In this document: positions 1-8,892 of the stretch, piece by piece
Position numbering within the stretch: position 1 is the stretch's first letter
How the letters are laid out: every line of letters starts with the position of its first letter
Assembly: GCA_040752695.1 (NCBI GenBank)
Contig: JBFMGO010000028.1
Coordinates: forward strand, 1 to 56,288
Source of the DNA: a bacterium
GTDB lineage: Bacteria > SZUA-182 > DTGQ01
Direction: 5' to 3'
Length of the DNA: 56,288 bases
Made by a program: the position numbers and the translations under genes
The notes under the pieces: generated by a model
The model's input: the letters and a program-made list of their open reading frames with translations, nothing else
Told to the model about the DNA's origin: nothing
Database searches by the model: none

Positions 1-2
1 TT

Positions 3-356
3 TCTAAAAATCCAAGGCCAAAAGGAGAAAAAACTGCTCTGGTGTTCACGCTTGGGGTAAATCTCATGGAGACAGTCCATTTTTCGATAGGTGACCGGGT
101 AGACGTGCTTTATGATTCCGCGACCAGGATGGGGATGATCAAAAAGGTGCAGACAGGAGGATATCTTCTGAGCAATAAGCAAGGTGGCAAAAAAGCGAGT
201 AAAAGCAGGGTTCGTTTTTCCATTGTGTGGAAAGAAGGGATGCCGATTGTCGATGACACCCTCGTCATTGACAAGGTGACCACCATCGACGATGGCTTTA
301 TGTTCCAATTCCCTCCCAGTCAATCCCCTGCCAATCAACCATCAGCAGGAGAGTGA
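3..356 (+). CDS. Hypothetical protein, probably 5'-truncated by the window edge
   Basis: The frame of ORF 42..356 is open back to position 3; no recognisable motif. Confidence 0.5.
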   Translation, partial: SKNPRPKGEKTALVFTLGVNLMETVHFSIGDRVDVLYDSATRMGMIKKVQTGGYLLSNKQGGKKASKSRVRFSIVWKEGMPIVDDTLVIDKVTTIDDGFMFQFPPSQSPANQPSAGE

Positions 357-687
357 AACGTGGGCGAAATCAAGACGCCAACTGGAGTGCAAAATAATTC
401 CTGGCAGAAAATACGTAACCAGAATAAGTCTCCTCCTCATGTGTTCCTCCCTCTATCATTAAGAGGGAAAATAAGACTGCCGAAATTATTAAAGAAATTC
501 AAAGATGTGTAGATGAGGTTAGTAGAAACTCACCAGAAGAAACAGATGTAAATATTTTTTTGGATTGAAGTAATTGCATAGTCCATGCAAACCCTCCCTC
601 ACAGATCACTATCAGTGCTCTCCAGCAGCAACTTGCCGGTTGGCAGCAGGAATGAGGGAAAGTGCTTAACAGGAAGGATCATAATAT

Positions 688-900
688 ATGGAAAAAAGGT
701 ATTTAACTATTGAAGAAGCAGCGGAATTATTACAAATGAGTGTAAAGTACCTTCGTAACATCTTGTCTCCGTCTTCAAAAATAGGGCTCACAGTCAATGG
801 CCATGTGATAAAGCCAATTAGAATCAATCGGCAGATAAGAATTGACCGTCAAAAGATAGAAGAATGCATGCAACAAAAAAAATGCATGCAACAAAATTGA
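688..900 (+). CDS. Excisionase-like helix-turn-helix DNA-binding protein
   Basis: YLTIEEAAELL...RIDR pattern of the Xis/HTH_17 family; directly upstream of the integrase. Confidence 0.8.
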   Translation: MEKRYLTIEEAAELLQMSVKYLRNILSPSSKIGLTVNGHVIKPIRINRQIRIDRQKIEECMQQKKCMQQN

Positions 901-957
901 CATACAAACCTCCTTCAATATATAAGACATTAAAATAACGGGTTAGGAGGGAATACT

Positions 958-2148
958 ATGGCAGTAATGGCACAATGTCCGGTATGTAGGCAAAAACAGA
1001 GTAATCAAAATAAAAAGTGTACAGGATGTGGGGAGGACTTGGTTAAGGCAAAAAAGTCCAACAGGGTTAAGTATTGGATAATGTATAAGGTTGAAGGGAG
1101 AAAAATCTGGGAATATATTGGAATATCAATAAGAGACGCCCAGGATGCAGACGGAAAAAGAAAGGCTCAAAAAAGAGAAAACCCATTTTTTAGTACCAAA
1201 AACAACAGGATAACATTCCAGGAGTTAACCGACTGGTATTTAAGTCAGTCTAAAATTAAAAAGAAAGGATATTTCAAAACCTTACAGTATAGGCTTACGA
1301 AATGGAATGCCCTATTCGGTAGTAGGATGGTATTAAGCATAAAATCGTCGGAGCTTCAAAATCATCAAGAAAGCAGATTAGAGGAGGGATGGGCCGAAAG
1401 CACTATTGACCAGGAATTAGGGGCGGCTCAAACCATGATCCAATATGCCATCGATGATGACATGATTTCTGGCGATGCCCTTAAACCATTCCGAAAAATC
1501 GAGCGATTGGTAAAGGGGAACAGCAACGCCAGAGACAGGATCATTACGCTTGAAGAATTTTATCGGATCATGGATGCGGTTCCTGAATACGCCAAGGGGA
1601 TCGTATCGCTTGGTTTTTTCGCTGGTATGAGGTTGGGTGAAATCATGGGGCTGACATGGGACAAGGTTAATCTGCAGCATGATACCCCTCATATTAAACT
1701 TCAAAAAACTGACACCAAGGAAGGAAGAGAAAAAATCGTTCCTCTTGCCTGTCGAATCAAAGGCAACCCTTACGAATTACTAAAGGTTACCCCAAAGGGT
1801 ATCCACGATGACCATGTATTTTTATACCGAGGCAAACCATTAAGCAGAATACGCGATGGATTCAGCAGGGCTTGCGATGACGTGGGGCTAAATTATGGGA
1901 GATTTGCACGGGGTGGATTTATCTTTCATGACCTGCGCCATTGTTTCAATACGTATATGCGCCGAGCTGGAGTAGATCAGCTTACAATCATGAAGATAAT
2001 GGGGCATTCACCAGGGAAAAACCTGGAGATGACCTTCCGGTATAGTACGTTTGAATTACAAGATCTGGGGCTCGCTATTGAAAAGTTAGAAAACTATTTC
2101 ATGAATGGAAAGCAAATAGGGGGGGAGGAAAGTTTTGGAAAAAGGTAA
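958..2148 (+). CDS. int: Tyrosine recombinase/phage integrase with N-terminal CxxC...CxxC zinc ribbon
   Basis: GMRLGEI, FHDLRH, MGHS and RY catalytic motifs; AGGAGG RBS; TTGACA at 897. Confidence 0.95.
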   Translation: MAVMAQCPVCRQKQSNQNKKCTGCGEDLVKAKKSNRVKYWIMYKVEGRKIWEYIGISIRDAQDADGKRKAQKRENPFFSTKNNRITFQELTDWYLSQSKIKKKGYFKTLQYRLTKWNALFGSRMVLSIKSSELQNHQESRLEEGWAESTIDQELGAAQTMIQYAIDDDMISGDALKPFRKIERLVKGNSNARDRIITLEEFYRIMDAVPEYAKGIVSLGFFAGMRLGEIMGLTWDKVNLQHDTPHIKLQKTDTKEGREKIVPLACRIKGNPYELLKVTPKGIHDDHVFLYRGKPLSRIRDGFSRACDDVGLNYGRFARGGFIFHDLRHCFNTYMRRAGVDQLTIMKIMGHSPGKNLEMTFRYSTFELQDLGLAIEKLENYFMNGKQIGGEESFGKR

Positions 2149-2163
2149 CCAAAAGGGTAACCA
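2144..2163. repeat. Direct repeat GGTAACCA x2 (12-bp period); probable integrase arm-type sites
   Basis: Copies at 2144 and 2156, between the integrase stop and the tRNA. Confidence 0.5.
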
Positions 2164-2203
2164 CGGTCGATTTTTGGGGATATCAAAAAGGCTGGAAAGT
2201 CAA

Positions 2204-2288
2204 TGCCGAAGGGGGGACTCGAACCCCCACAAGGCTAAGCCTCACTAGACCCTGAATCTAGCGCGTCTGCCAATTCCGCCACTTCGGC
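2204..2288 (-). tRNA. tRNA-Leu(CAG), CCA not encoded
   Basis: Reverse complement reads GCCGAAGTGGCGGAATTGGCAGACGCG-CTAGA TTCAGGG TCTAG-long variable arm-GGGGGTTCGAGTCCCCC-CTTCGGCA. Confidence 0.97.
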
Positions 2289-2349
2289 ATATAATTACAG
2301 CATACTCATTGAACAGAATCTGTAAATAAAGTCTCAATCTACGAACATT

Positions 2350-2378
2350 TATTTACCATTCTTTAGGATATTTGTCAA
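2350..2378 (-). promoter_or_regulatory. sigma70-type promoter for tRNA-Leu
   Basis: TTGACA-17 nt-TAAATA on the minus strand. Confidence 0.6.
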
Positions 2379-2500
2379 GAGTATTTCTCCCTGCTCAATT
2401 CGCCGGGAGGCGGCCTGTTCGTAATACGCGGTCTATTGGTAATGCTCTCTGATCAGCGAACATCTTTTCTCCTGTTTGCATATGTGCTATCATTGTTGTT

Positions 2501-2884
2501 ATGGCGTTATGCTTTGCATATGGTATTATATATGAAGATGATGAGAGGAACCTCTATGAGAACTACACCAAACAGGACTCTATTATTCTGAATATTCAAA
2601 GGTCCTGTGAAGCAGCCATAGATCTGGCCATGCACGAGGTCCGCCTCCGGCATTTAGGAATTCCCCAGGAAAGCAGGGATGCGTTTTCTTTGCTTTATCA
2701 AGCTGGCCTGATCATTAAAGAACTCGCAGACCGTACCATAGCCATGGTAGGTTTTCGGAACATCGCTGTTTACAACTATCAGGATCTGAATCTTGAGGTT
2801 GTCAGGCGGATCGTGGAGGAACGTTTAGGGGATTTTCTTGACTTTGCCAGGATCATGCTGAAAAGTGAGATAAAGGAAGGCTAA
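2501..2884 (+). pseudogene. HepT-like (DUF86/HEPN) ribonuclease toxin, N-terminally truncated, catalytic His replaced, no MNT partner
   Basis: KQDSIILNIQRSCEAAIDLA...GFRNIAVYNY; the Rx4H motif reads RNIAVY. Confidence 0.7.
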
Positions 2885-2928
2885 AAGGCTCATCAGCCCT
2901 TTGTACTTGTGCAAGAGTACAGGGATAT

Positions 2929-3055
2929 ACGCCCAATTGGTGAACAGCCCAATTGGTGTAGAGCACGATGGCGCATAGCACATTAGTGCATAACACATTG
3001 GTGTAATAGTACAGCGGTGTAAGTGGTGTATAACTCAGGAGTGTATTGGTGTTAG
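2929..3055. repeat. Degenerate ~15-16 nt tandem repeat between convergent genes
   Basis: Units such as cagcccaattggtgta / tagcacattagtgca / taacacattggtgtaa. Confidence 0.65.
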
Positions 3056-3089
3056 CCGTGCCTTATCCTGCTGTGCGGCCCATCGCATA

Positions 3090-4022
3090 CTATTCCCCTA
3101 GATAGGCTTTGCGTATCTGCTGGTTTTGGGCAAGATTTCGGGCTGTGTCGGCTAGGACAATGCAGCCTGTTTCCAGAATATATCCCCGGTGGGCTATTTC
3201 CAGCGCTTTTCGGGCATTTTGCTCAACCAGCAAGATTGATAACCCCTCCTGATTGATTCTGGCAATAATCTGAAAGATACTTTCCACAATCTTTGGAGCA
3301 AGGCCGAGGGAGGGCTCATCCAGAAGGATCAGTTTTCCCCTTGCCATCAGGGCGCGGCCAATGGCCAGCATCTGCTGTTCCCCTCCTGAGAGAGTGCCGC
3401 CGTACTGCTTCTGCCGTTGATGGAGAATGGGAAAGAGAGAAAATACATGGTCGAGGTCCTGCTTGATCGCTTTCTTATCGTGACGTAGGTAACTGGCTAC
3501 TTCCAGGTTTTCGATTACCTTGAGGTTGGCAAAAATCCCGCGTCCTTCAGGAACGTGAATAATGCCAAGCCTGACAATCTCATGGCAGGGGAGCCGGGAG
3601 ATTTCGTTTCCCTTAAAGGAAATTTCGCCAACATAAGGCCGGATCAAGCCTGATATGGCCCGCAGGATGCTGCTTTTTCCAGCTCCGTTGGCTCCGAGCA
3701 GGGTAACGATTTCAGCCTGGGAAACCTCGAAGGTAATGCCTTTGACTGCCTGAATCTGCTGATAGCGAAGATCAAGATTACAAACCTTAAGCATCGTCCC
3801 GGTTTCCTCCTGCCGGGCTCTGGTTTTCTGCTGTGCTCTGGCATCCTGTTGTGCTTTGGTTTCCTGCTGTGCTCTGGTTTCCTGTTGTTTTCTGCCTTTA
3901 TGCTGTGCTGTTCTGGCTGTTCTGTCTTTTCCGCCATCCTGCCGCGCCCCGTTCTCCTGCCGTATTTCATTCTCCTGCCGTACTTCATTCTTCTGCTGTG
4001 CTCCACCAGCCTTAATCGTCAT
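3090..4022 (-). CDS. livF: Branched-chain amino acid ABC transporter ATPase LivF with repetitive N-terminal extension (alternative start 3794)
   Basis: GANGAGKS Walker A, LSGGEQQMLAIGRAL, LLDEPSLGLAP; ATG 4022 overlaps the end of livG. Confidence 0.93.
   Translation of the reverse strand: MTIKAGGAQQKNEVRQENEIRQENGARQDGGKDRTARTAQHKGRKQQETRAQQETKAQQDARAQQKTRARQEETGTMLKVCNLDLRYQQIQAVKGITFEVSQAEIVTLLGANGAGKSSILRAISGLIRPYVGEISFKGNEISRLPCHEIVRLGIIHVPEGRGIFANLKVIENLEVASYLRHDKKAIKQDLDHVFSLFPILHQRQKQYGGTLSGGEQQMLAIGRALMARGKLILLDEPSLGLAPKIVESIFQIIARINQEGLSILLVEQNARKALEIAHRGYILETGCIVLADTARNLAQNQQIRKAYLGE
3800..4000 (-). repeat. In-frame 18-nt (6-aa) degenerate tandem repeats
   Basis: RQENEI RQENGA ... 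AQQETK AQQDAR AQQKTR ARQEET. Confidence 0.8.
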
Positions 4023-4782
4023 CTTGATGTCCTCCAAGATAGGCGTCAATGACTGCGGGATCTTTTTGAATCTCTTCCGGAGTGCCTTCAGCAATCTTTT
4101 CTCCGAAATTAAGGACGATGATTCTTTCGCTGATTTCCATGATCATTCTCATCTGGTGTTCAATTAAAAGGATGGTCAGGGGAAATTCCTTTCTGATCCA
4201 CCGGATCAGGCTCATCAATTCATCGGTCTCTCCTCGGTTCATTCCCGCTGCCGGCTCATCCAGGAGGAGAAGGAGGGCGCCGGTAGCCAAAGCGCGGGCA
4301 ATTTCAACCCTTCGTTGCAGGCCATAGGGCAGGCTTTGGGCCAATTTTTGCTGCTCTTTGGTTAAGTCAAAGGTTTTGAGCAGAGAGAGGCTCAATGCAG
4401 TGATGCGCTCTTCCTCCTTTCTGAAGGTTGTACTCTTGGTGAGCGCATCCATGAGGTTGTATTTTTTTTGGAGGTGAAAGGCCAGACGGATATTATCCAG
4501 GACTGTCATCCGGCTAAACAGCCGGATGTTCTGAAAGGTACGTGAAATACCGGCAGCCGCGATGAGGTGGGGCTTAAGACCGGCAATCTCTTGGCCATGA
4601 AACTGAATGGTTCCTCCATCCGGCAGGTAAAATCCGGTCAGCAGGTTAAAGATAGTTGTTTTCCCAGCCCCATTCGGCCCGATTATGGAGACGATTTCCC
4701 CGTGATTAATGCAGGTGGAAAAGTTTGAAACCGCTTTTAATCCACCAAATGATTTGTGAATACTATCAACCAGAAGCAACAC
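4012..4782 (-). CDS. livG: Branched-chain amino acid ABC transporter ATPase LivG
   Basis: GPNGAGKTT, RTFQNIRLF, LLLDEPAAGMN, AYLG. Confidence 0.95.
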   Translation of the reverse strand: MLLLVDSIHKSFGGLKAVSNFSTCINHGEIVSIIGPNGAGKTTIFNLLTGFYLPDGGTIQFHGQEIAGLKPHLIAAAGISRTFQNIRLFSRMTVLDNIRLAFHLQKKYNLMDALTKSTTFRKEEERITALSLSLLKTFDLTKEQQKLAQSLPYGLQRRVEIARALATGALLLLLDEPAAGMNRGETDELMSLIRWIRKEFPLTILLIEHQMRMIMEISERIIVLNFGEKIAEGTPEEIQKDPAVIDAYLGGHQDDD

Positions 4783-4877
4783 AATATAAGCCCCTTAAGA
4801 AACAGAATGTCAAAAGTCACTGCAAAATGCCAAAAGTCACTGCAGGATGTTAAATAGTAAAAGTTGCTGTAAAAATG

Positions 4878-5945
4878 CTAAAGGTCCCTCTTGAATAATC
4901 CCTGCGGCTTTCTGAGCATAATCAGGATTAAAACCACCGGGTAAATCACCAGCCGCCACTGCTGCAAATTAACCATCCGCAGGAATTCCAATAAAAAGGT
5001 CATAGAGCTGGCGGCAATAATTGAGCCCCACAGGCTGCTCATGCCGCCGAGGTAGAGATAGACCAGGTATTCGATGGATTTGATGAAGTTGAAGTTATCC
5101 GGATGGATATAGCGCAGAGTGTGCGCGTACAGCCCACCCCCAAGCCCTGCCCAGAAGCTGGCTATGGCAAAAGAGAGCACCTTGTAGCGGGTGAGGTCTA
5201 CTCCCATCATTTCCGCTGCAATATGATCATCCCGCAAAGAGAGCCAGACACGGCCATAGCTGGAATGGAGAAGTCGATGGATGACCACGACTGACAGCAG
5301 CGTGAACCCTACTGCCCAAAAGATATTAGTGAAGCCGGGAATTTGCCCGATTCCCCTGGGACCGCCTATTTTCTGAACAATCCGGCTCAAGGTGGAAAGG
5401 TGTACCCTCTCGAGCAGCGCAGCCAGTTCATCCGTAAGCTTGATTGCCGAGCGAACCACCTCCACCATCGCTAAGGTGACAATGGCCAGATAATCTCCCT
5501 CAAGCCGCAGAATGGGAAGTCCGATCAGATAGCCAATGGCAAAAGCAACCAGCCCGCCCACGATAACGGATACCAGAAAGAGGGGAATCTGCCAGAACCA
5601 GGGCCACATGGCCGAAGGAAAAATGATCGTGGTCATAAGGCATGAAGTATAGGCACCGATAGCCATAAAAGCTGCATGACCGATAGAAAATTCTCCGGTA
5701 AAGCCATTGATCAGATTCAGGCTGACCGTCATGATGATATTGATGCAGATGAACAGGAATATCTGCTGGTAGTACCGGCTCAGGATGTCAAACTTGACCA
5801 GGAGACTGACAGCCAGCCCGGCTATGACCAGGCCAAGGTAAAAGGAACGATATGTCGAGCGGCCAGTGCTCGACGGATGGTTAGATGAATGGCTCGTTGT
5901 CTGGTCAGCCGATTCATCCTGGACTCCCTTACTAATGATTTTCAT
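4878..5945 (-). CDS. livM: Branched-chain amino acid ABC permease LivM
   Basis: SIGHAAFMAIGAY, LRLEGDYLAIVTL; multiple TM helices. Confidence 0.93.
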   Translation of the reverse strand: MKIISKGVQDESADQTTSHSSNHPSSTGRSTYRSFYLGLVIAGLAVSLLVKFDILSRYYQQIFLFICINIIMTVSLNLINGFTGEFSIGHAAFMAIGAYTSCLMTTIIFPSAMWPWFWQIPLFLVSVIVGGLVAFAIGYLIGLPILRLEGDYLAIVTLAMVEVVRSAIKLTDELAALLERVHLSTLSRIVQKIGGPRGIGQIPGFTNIFWAVGFTLLSVVVIHRLLHSSYGRVWLSLRDDHIAAEMMGVDLTRYKVLSFAIASFWAGLGGGLYAHTLRYIHPDNFNFIKSIEYLVYLYLGGMSSLWGSIIAASSMTFLLEFLRMVNLQQWRLVIYPVVLILIMLRKPQGLFKRDL

Positions 5946-5947
5946 TT

Positions 5948-6277
5948 TTAATGTCTTATCAGCCTCTTAAACAGGATATCTTCGACATTTTGCCGCGAAT
6001 CGAGAACAGACAAAATATATACATTCCTATCTGCTATCCTGTAGGCAATTCTCCAGGGGGAAATAATAATTTCACGATATTGCAGGATACCATGTTTCTG
6101 CAATTCCGGTATAATACGGCCTCGATCGGGTGAGAGATAGAGACTCGCTCCTTTGTCTTGGATTTCCCTTAATAATTTTCTGGCATGAGACGGGCTATCG
6201 TGAGCAATATATTCAATGATACCTGCCAAATCATCTTCGGCAATATCTGTCCATATTACTTTATATTTTCCGCTCAT
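5948..6277 (-). CDS. RelE/ParE-family type II toxin
   Basis: YKVIWTDIAEDDL..I..YI, P.RGRIIPEL, YRI, V.DSRQ; overlaps the antitoxin gene. Confidence 0.88.
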   Translation of the reverse strand: MSGKYKVIWTDIAEDDLAGIIEYIAHDSPSHARKLLREIQDKGASLYLSPDRGRIIPELQKHGILQYREIIISPWRIAYRIADRNVYILSVLDSRQNVEDILFKRLIRH

Positions 6278-6548
6278 GTGCCTCTATTATTTTTTCCAGG
6301 TTCTTAAATACTTCCTCTTGAGTTTTGACATGATTGTTTTTTATTTCCTCTTCTCCCATGGAAATCAGTTTTAAAATCCCCAGAGCGTTACGCATATTTT
6401 CATAACTTTCAGGATCCTGTAAAACCGCTTTGGGTTCTCCGTTTTGGGTGATAATAACAGGGCGATGTGTTTCGTTGATTTGTTTTAGTAAGTCTGCAGC
6501 CCGTGACTTAAGATAAGTTACAGGCTTTATATCTTCTGAAATGTTCAT
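6261..6548 (-). CDS. Phd/YefM-family antitoxin
   Basis: IKPVTYLKS...PVIITQNGEPKAVL; GGAGG RBS before ATG 6548. Confidence 0.9.
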   Translation of the reverse strand: MNISEDIKPVTYLKSRAADLLKQINETHRPVIITQNGEPKAVLQDPESYENMRNALGILKLISMGEEEIKNNHVKTQEEVFKNLEKIIEAHERKI

Positions 6549-6570
6549 TTGTATTACCTCCGATCTTTTT

Positions 6571-6598
6571 ATGCTACCAAATTTAGTCCGGATGTCAA
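6571..6598 (-). promoter_or_regulatory. Internal sigma70-type promoter of the TA module
   Basis: TTGACA-16 nt-TAGCAT. Confidence 0.55.
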
Positions 6599-6641
6599 GT
6601 TCCACATGGGCAGAGCCAGTTTTACACCAAGTAAGGTCTCC

Positions 6642-7655
6642 TTAAATTTTTTCCGTATGGGGGGAGCCCAAAAGTCCTGTCGGCCTGATTAAAAGGACCA
6701 GGATCAGGATCAGGAAGGTAACTCCATAGCCCAGATTCGAATTGATGCTGATGGCCAGGGTTTCCACGATACCCATCAGGAATCCTCCCAGCATGGCTCC
6801 GGGGATATTACCGATTCCGCCGACTACAGCGGCAACAAAGGCCACAATGCCGGGCCACATGCCAAGATACGGAGACTGAAGCACTCCGTAGGTGATGCCA
6901 TACAGTGTGCCTGCGCACCCGGCCAGGATACCGCCGAGCGCAAAGGTAAAGGTAATGACCCAGTTGACATTGATGCCCATCAGCCTGGCTACCTCCATGT
7001 TGTAGGATACCGCCTTCATGGCTTTGCCCATTTTGGTTCTGTTGACAATATATTCGAGCAGAACCATTAAAATAAGGGCAGTCGCCAGGTCGATGATCTT
7101 GATGTTGCTTACCATCACTCCCCCGATCAGTGGATAGGCCCTTTCTTTGATCAGGGTCGGAAAAGAGCGAAACTGGGGTCCGAAGACCAGATAATTGACA
7201 GGAAAGGGAACCTGATGGGGATCGAGTGAGAGGAAGTTCTCAAGAAAGAGCGATACGCCGATAGAGGTAATGAGCATGGTCAGGCGGGGTTTATCCCGCA
7301 ACGGGCGATAGGCTATTGTTTCGATGATAACATTGACGAACAGGCAGCCGATCATGGCCGTGATCATAGACAGCCAGAAGGAGAGCCCTGTTCGCCGGGT
7401 TAGAAGGAAATGAGCGGCAAAACAGGAGAAATAAACGCCCACCATAAACACATCTCCGTGGGCGAAATTGATAAGTTTGATAATTCCGTAAACCAGGGTA
7501 TAGCCAAGAGCAATCAGAGCATACATGCTCCCTTTCTGGATGCCGTTGATTGTCTGCTGGGCCAGAACCTGCCACCCGTAATACCATACATAACAACCAA
7601 GTGCCGCCAGGAGTATTCCGGGAAAGATGACGTCAGCGGGTTTTATCCTTCTCAA
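6642..7655 (-). CDS. livH: Branched-chain amino acid ABC permease LivH
   Basis: GSMYALIALGYTLVYGIIKLINFAHG, AAVVGGIGNIPGA. Confidence 0.93.
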   Translation of the reverse strand: MRRIKPADVIFPGILLAALGCYVWYYGWQVLAQQTINGIQKGSMYALIALGYTLVYGIIKLINFAHGDVFMVGVYFSCFAAHFLLTRRTGLSFWLSMITAMIGCLFVNVIIETIAYRPLRDKPRLTMLITSIGVSLFLENFLSLDPHQVPFPVNYLVFGPQFRSFPTLIKERAYPLIGGVMVSNIKIIDLATALILMVLLEYIVNRTKMGKAMKAVSYNMEVARLMGINVNWVITFTFALGGILAGCAGTLYGITYGVLQSPYLGMWPGIVAFVAAVVGGIGNIPGAMLGGFLMGIVETLAISINSNLGYGVTFLILILVLLIRPTGLLGSPHTEKI

Positions 7656-7713
7656 TGGGCCTGGTTTTCCTTTTTATTTTATTTAACTTAATCATATGGA
7701 GATTACCATCAGT

Positions 7714-8634
7714 TTATAAAAGATGGTCATATGACTCACCATAAATTGTTCCCCGATCGACAATTGTATTGTTGAGGGCATCATAAATAGTATAATTCCC
7801 CTGAATAATTCTTGGAAATTTCCCTGAGAAAGTATAGGTACAGTTCAATTTGAGAGTATAAGTAACAAGGCTGACCGGATCAGGATAAGTACCAGTGAGA
7901 GTAAAATTATCTGAAAATTGATAAGTTCCTGCCAGGTCGATTGCCACCGGTATCAATTCGTTTGACAATAGCCTGACAGTGCTGCTTTGAAAAATATAGG
8001 TTGGAGAATCAACAAAAATCTCCAGATCCATTGCATGCGTAGTCCCGGCTACAAGACTTGTCCATGTGCCGGTATACCGTCCGGAAGGAGAGCGAGGGAA
8101 AGGCGTCACTACTCCTATAAGGCCACCGGGATATGAACCAGGATATGAAGGTATCATAGACGTAGCGGGAAGAAATGGGGCCAGGGGAATCGCTGATGTG
8201 AACCACGGAGAAACCTGACTTCCCAATCCTGATGCAAAGGGGATGAGGGGATTGTTTATCAGTGGATTGATAAATGCCGGATAATAAGGTATCCCTGATG
8301 CAAAAAAAGTATTCGATGCCGGGAACCCATATCCGATCCCCGCTCCATATCCGATCCCTGATCCGTATCCAGTCCCTAACCCAAATCCAGTCCCTGATCC
8401 ATATCCAATTCCTAATCCGCTCCCTAAGCCATAGAAGCCTAAATTGCCGGGGCCGTAGAATTTCAGGGGAGAATATCCATAAGGAGAACCAGAATTTAAA
8501 AAAAATGAACTTCCTAAAAACCCGCTATAGTAAGCCTGTGCCGGAAAGACACAAAAAACTGCTGTTGCTGCCAAAAACAGAAAAGTGGTAAATGCGATAG
8601 GGGACAGCTGCTTAAAATTTCGCAGAAAATGCAT
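7714..8634 (-). CDS. Secreted Gly/Tyr/Pro-rich hypothetical protein with C-terminal beta-rich domain
   Basis: GGAGG RBS before MHFLRN; signal peptide ending AQA; GYGSG repeats. Confidence 0.75.
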   Translation of the reverse strand: MHFLRNFKQLSPIAFTTFLFLAATAVFCVFPAQAYYSGFLGSSFFLNSGSPYGYSPLKFYGPGNLGFYGLGSGLGIGYGSGTGFGLGTGYGSGIGYGAGIGYGFPASNTFFASGIPYYPAFINPLINNPLIPFASGLGSQVSPWFTSAIPLAPFLPATSMIPSYPGSYPGGLIGVVTPFPRSPSGRYTGTWTSLVAGTTHAMDLEIFVDSPTYIFQSSTVRLLSNELIPVAIDLAGTYQFSDNFTLTGTYPDPVSLVTYTLKLNCTYTFSGKFPRIIQGNYTIYDALNNTIVDRGTIYGESYDHLL

Positions 8635-8804
8635 AAATTTTCTCCTCCGACGGGCTTTCAGCTTCCGAACCATATAATTCCGAACGACATATATTGAGTG
8701 AAAGCAGTAAAAGGTAAAAGCAGTCAAGATGAACATATCACGCCGCAGATTACGAGTAAAACCAACATAATAGTCTTATTATGCCACAATGCATTATGAT
8801 ACGG

Positions 8805-8820
8805 TGCATTTTCCTGGCCA
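8805..8820 (-). promoter_or_regulatory. Possible sigma54 -24/-12 promoter
   Basis: TGGCCAGGAAAATGCA (GG-N10-GC) upstream of 8634. Confidence 0.35.
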
Positions 8821-8892
8821 TGCTACCTCATCTGCCGTTCTTTCCTCTCTTCCTCTCTTTTTTCCCTCTTGGAGATCTTCTTTTTTCTTCCC

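Larger units (their letters stand above)
1..2203. mobile_element. Right end of an integrative element (prophage/ICE/island) inserted at the 3' end of tRNA-Leu; extends beyond the window start
   Basis: Excisionase-like HTH plus a tyrosine integrase transcribed toward, and ending about 55 bp from, the tRNA 3' end; more AT-rich than the downstream housekeeping genes. Confidence 0.8.

Noticed and set aside
360..512. 50-codon ORF inside the integrative element
   Set aside because: Short and featureless
2929..3055. CRISPR array (also considered at 24122 and 25665)
   Set aside because: Units are adjacent and degenerate with no unique spacers; no cas genes in the window
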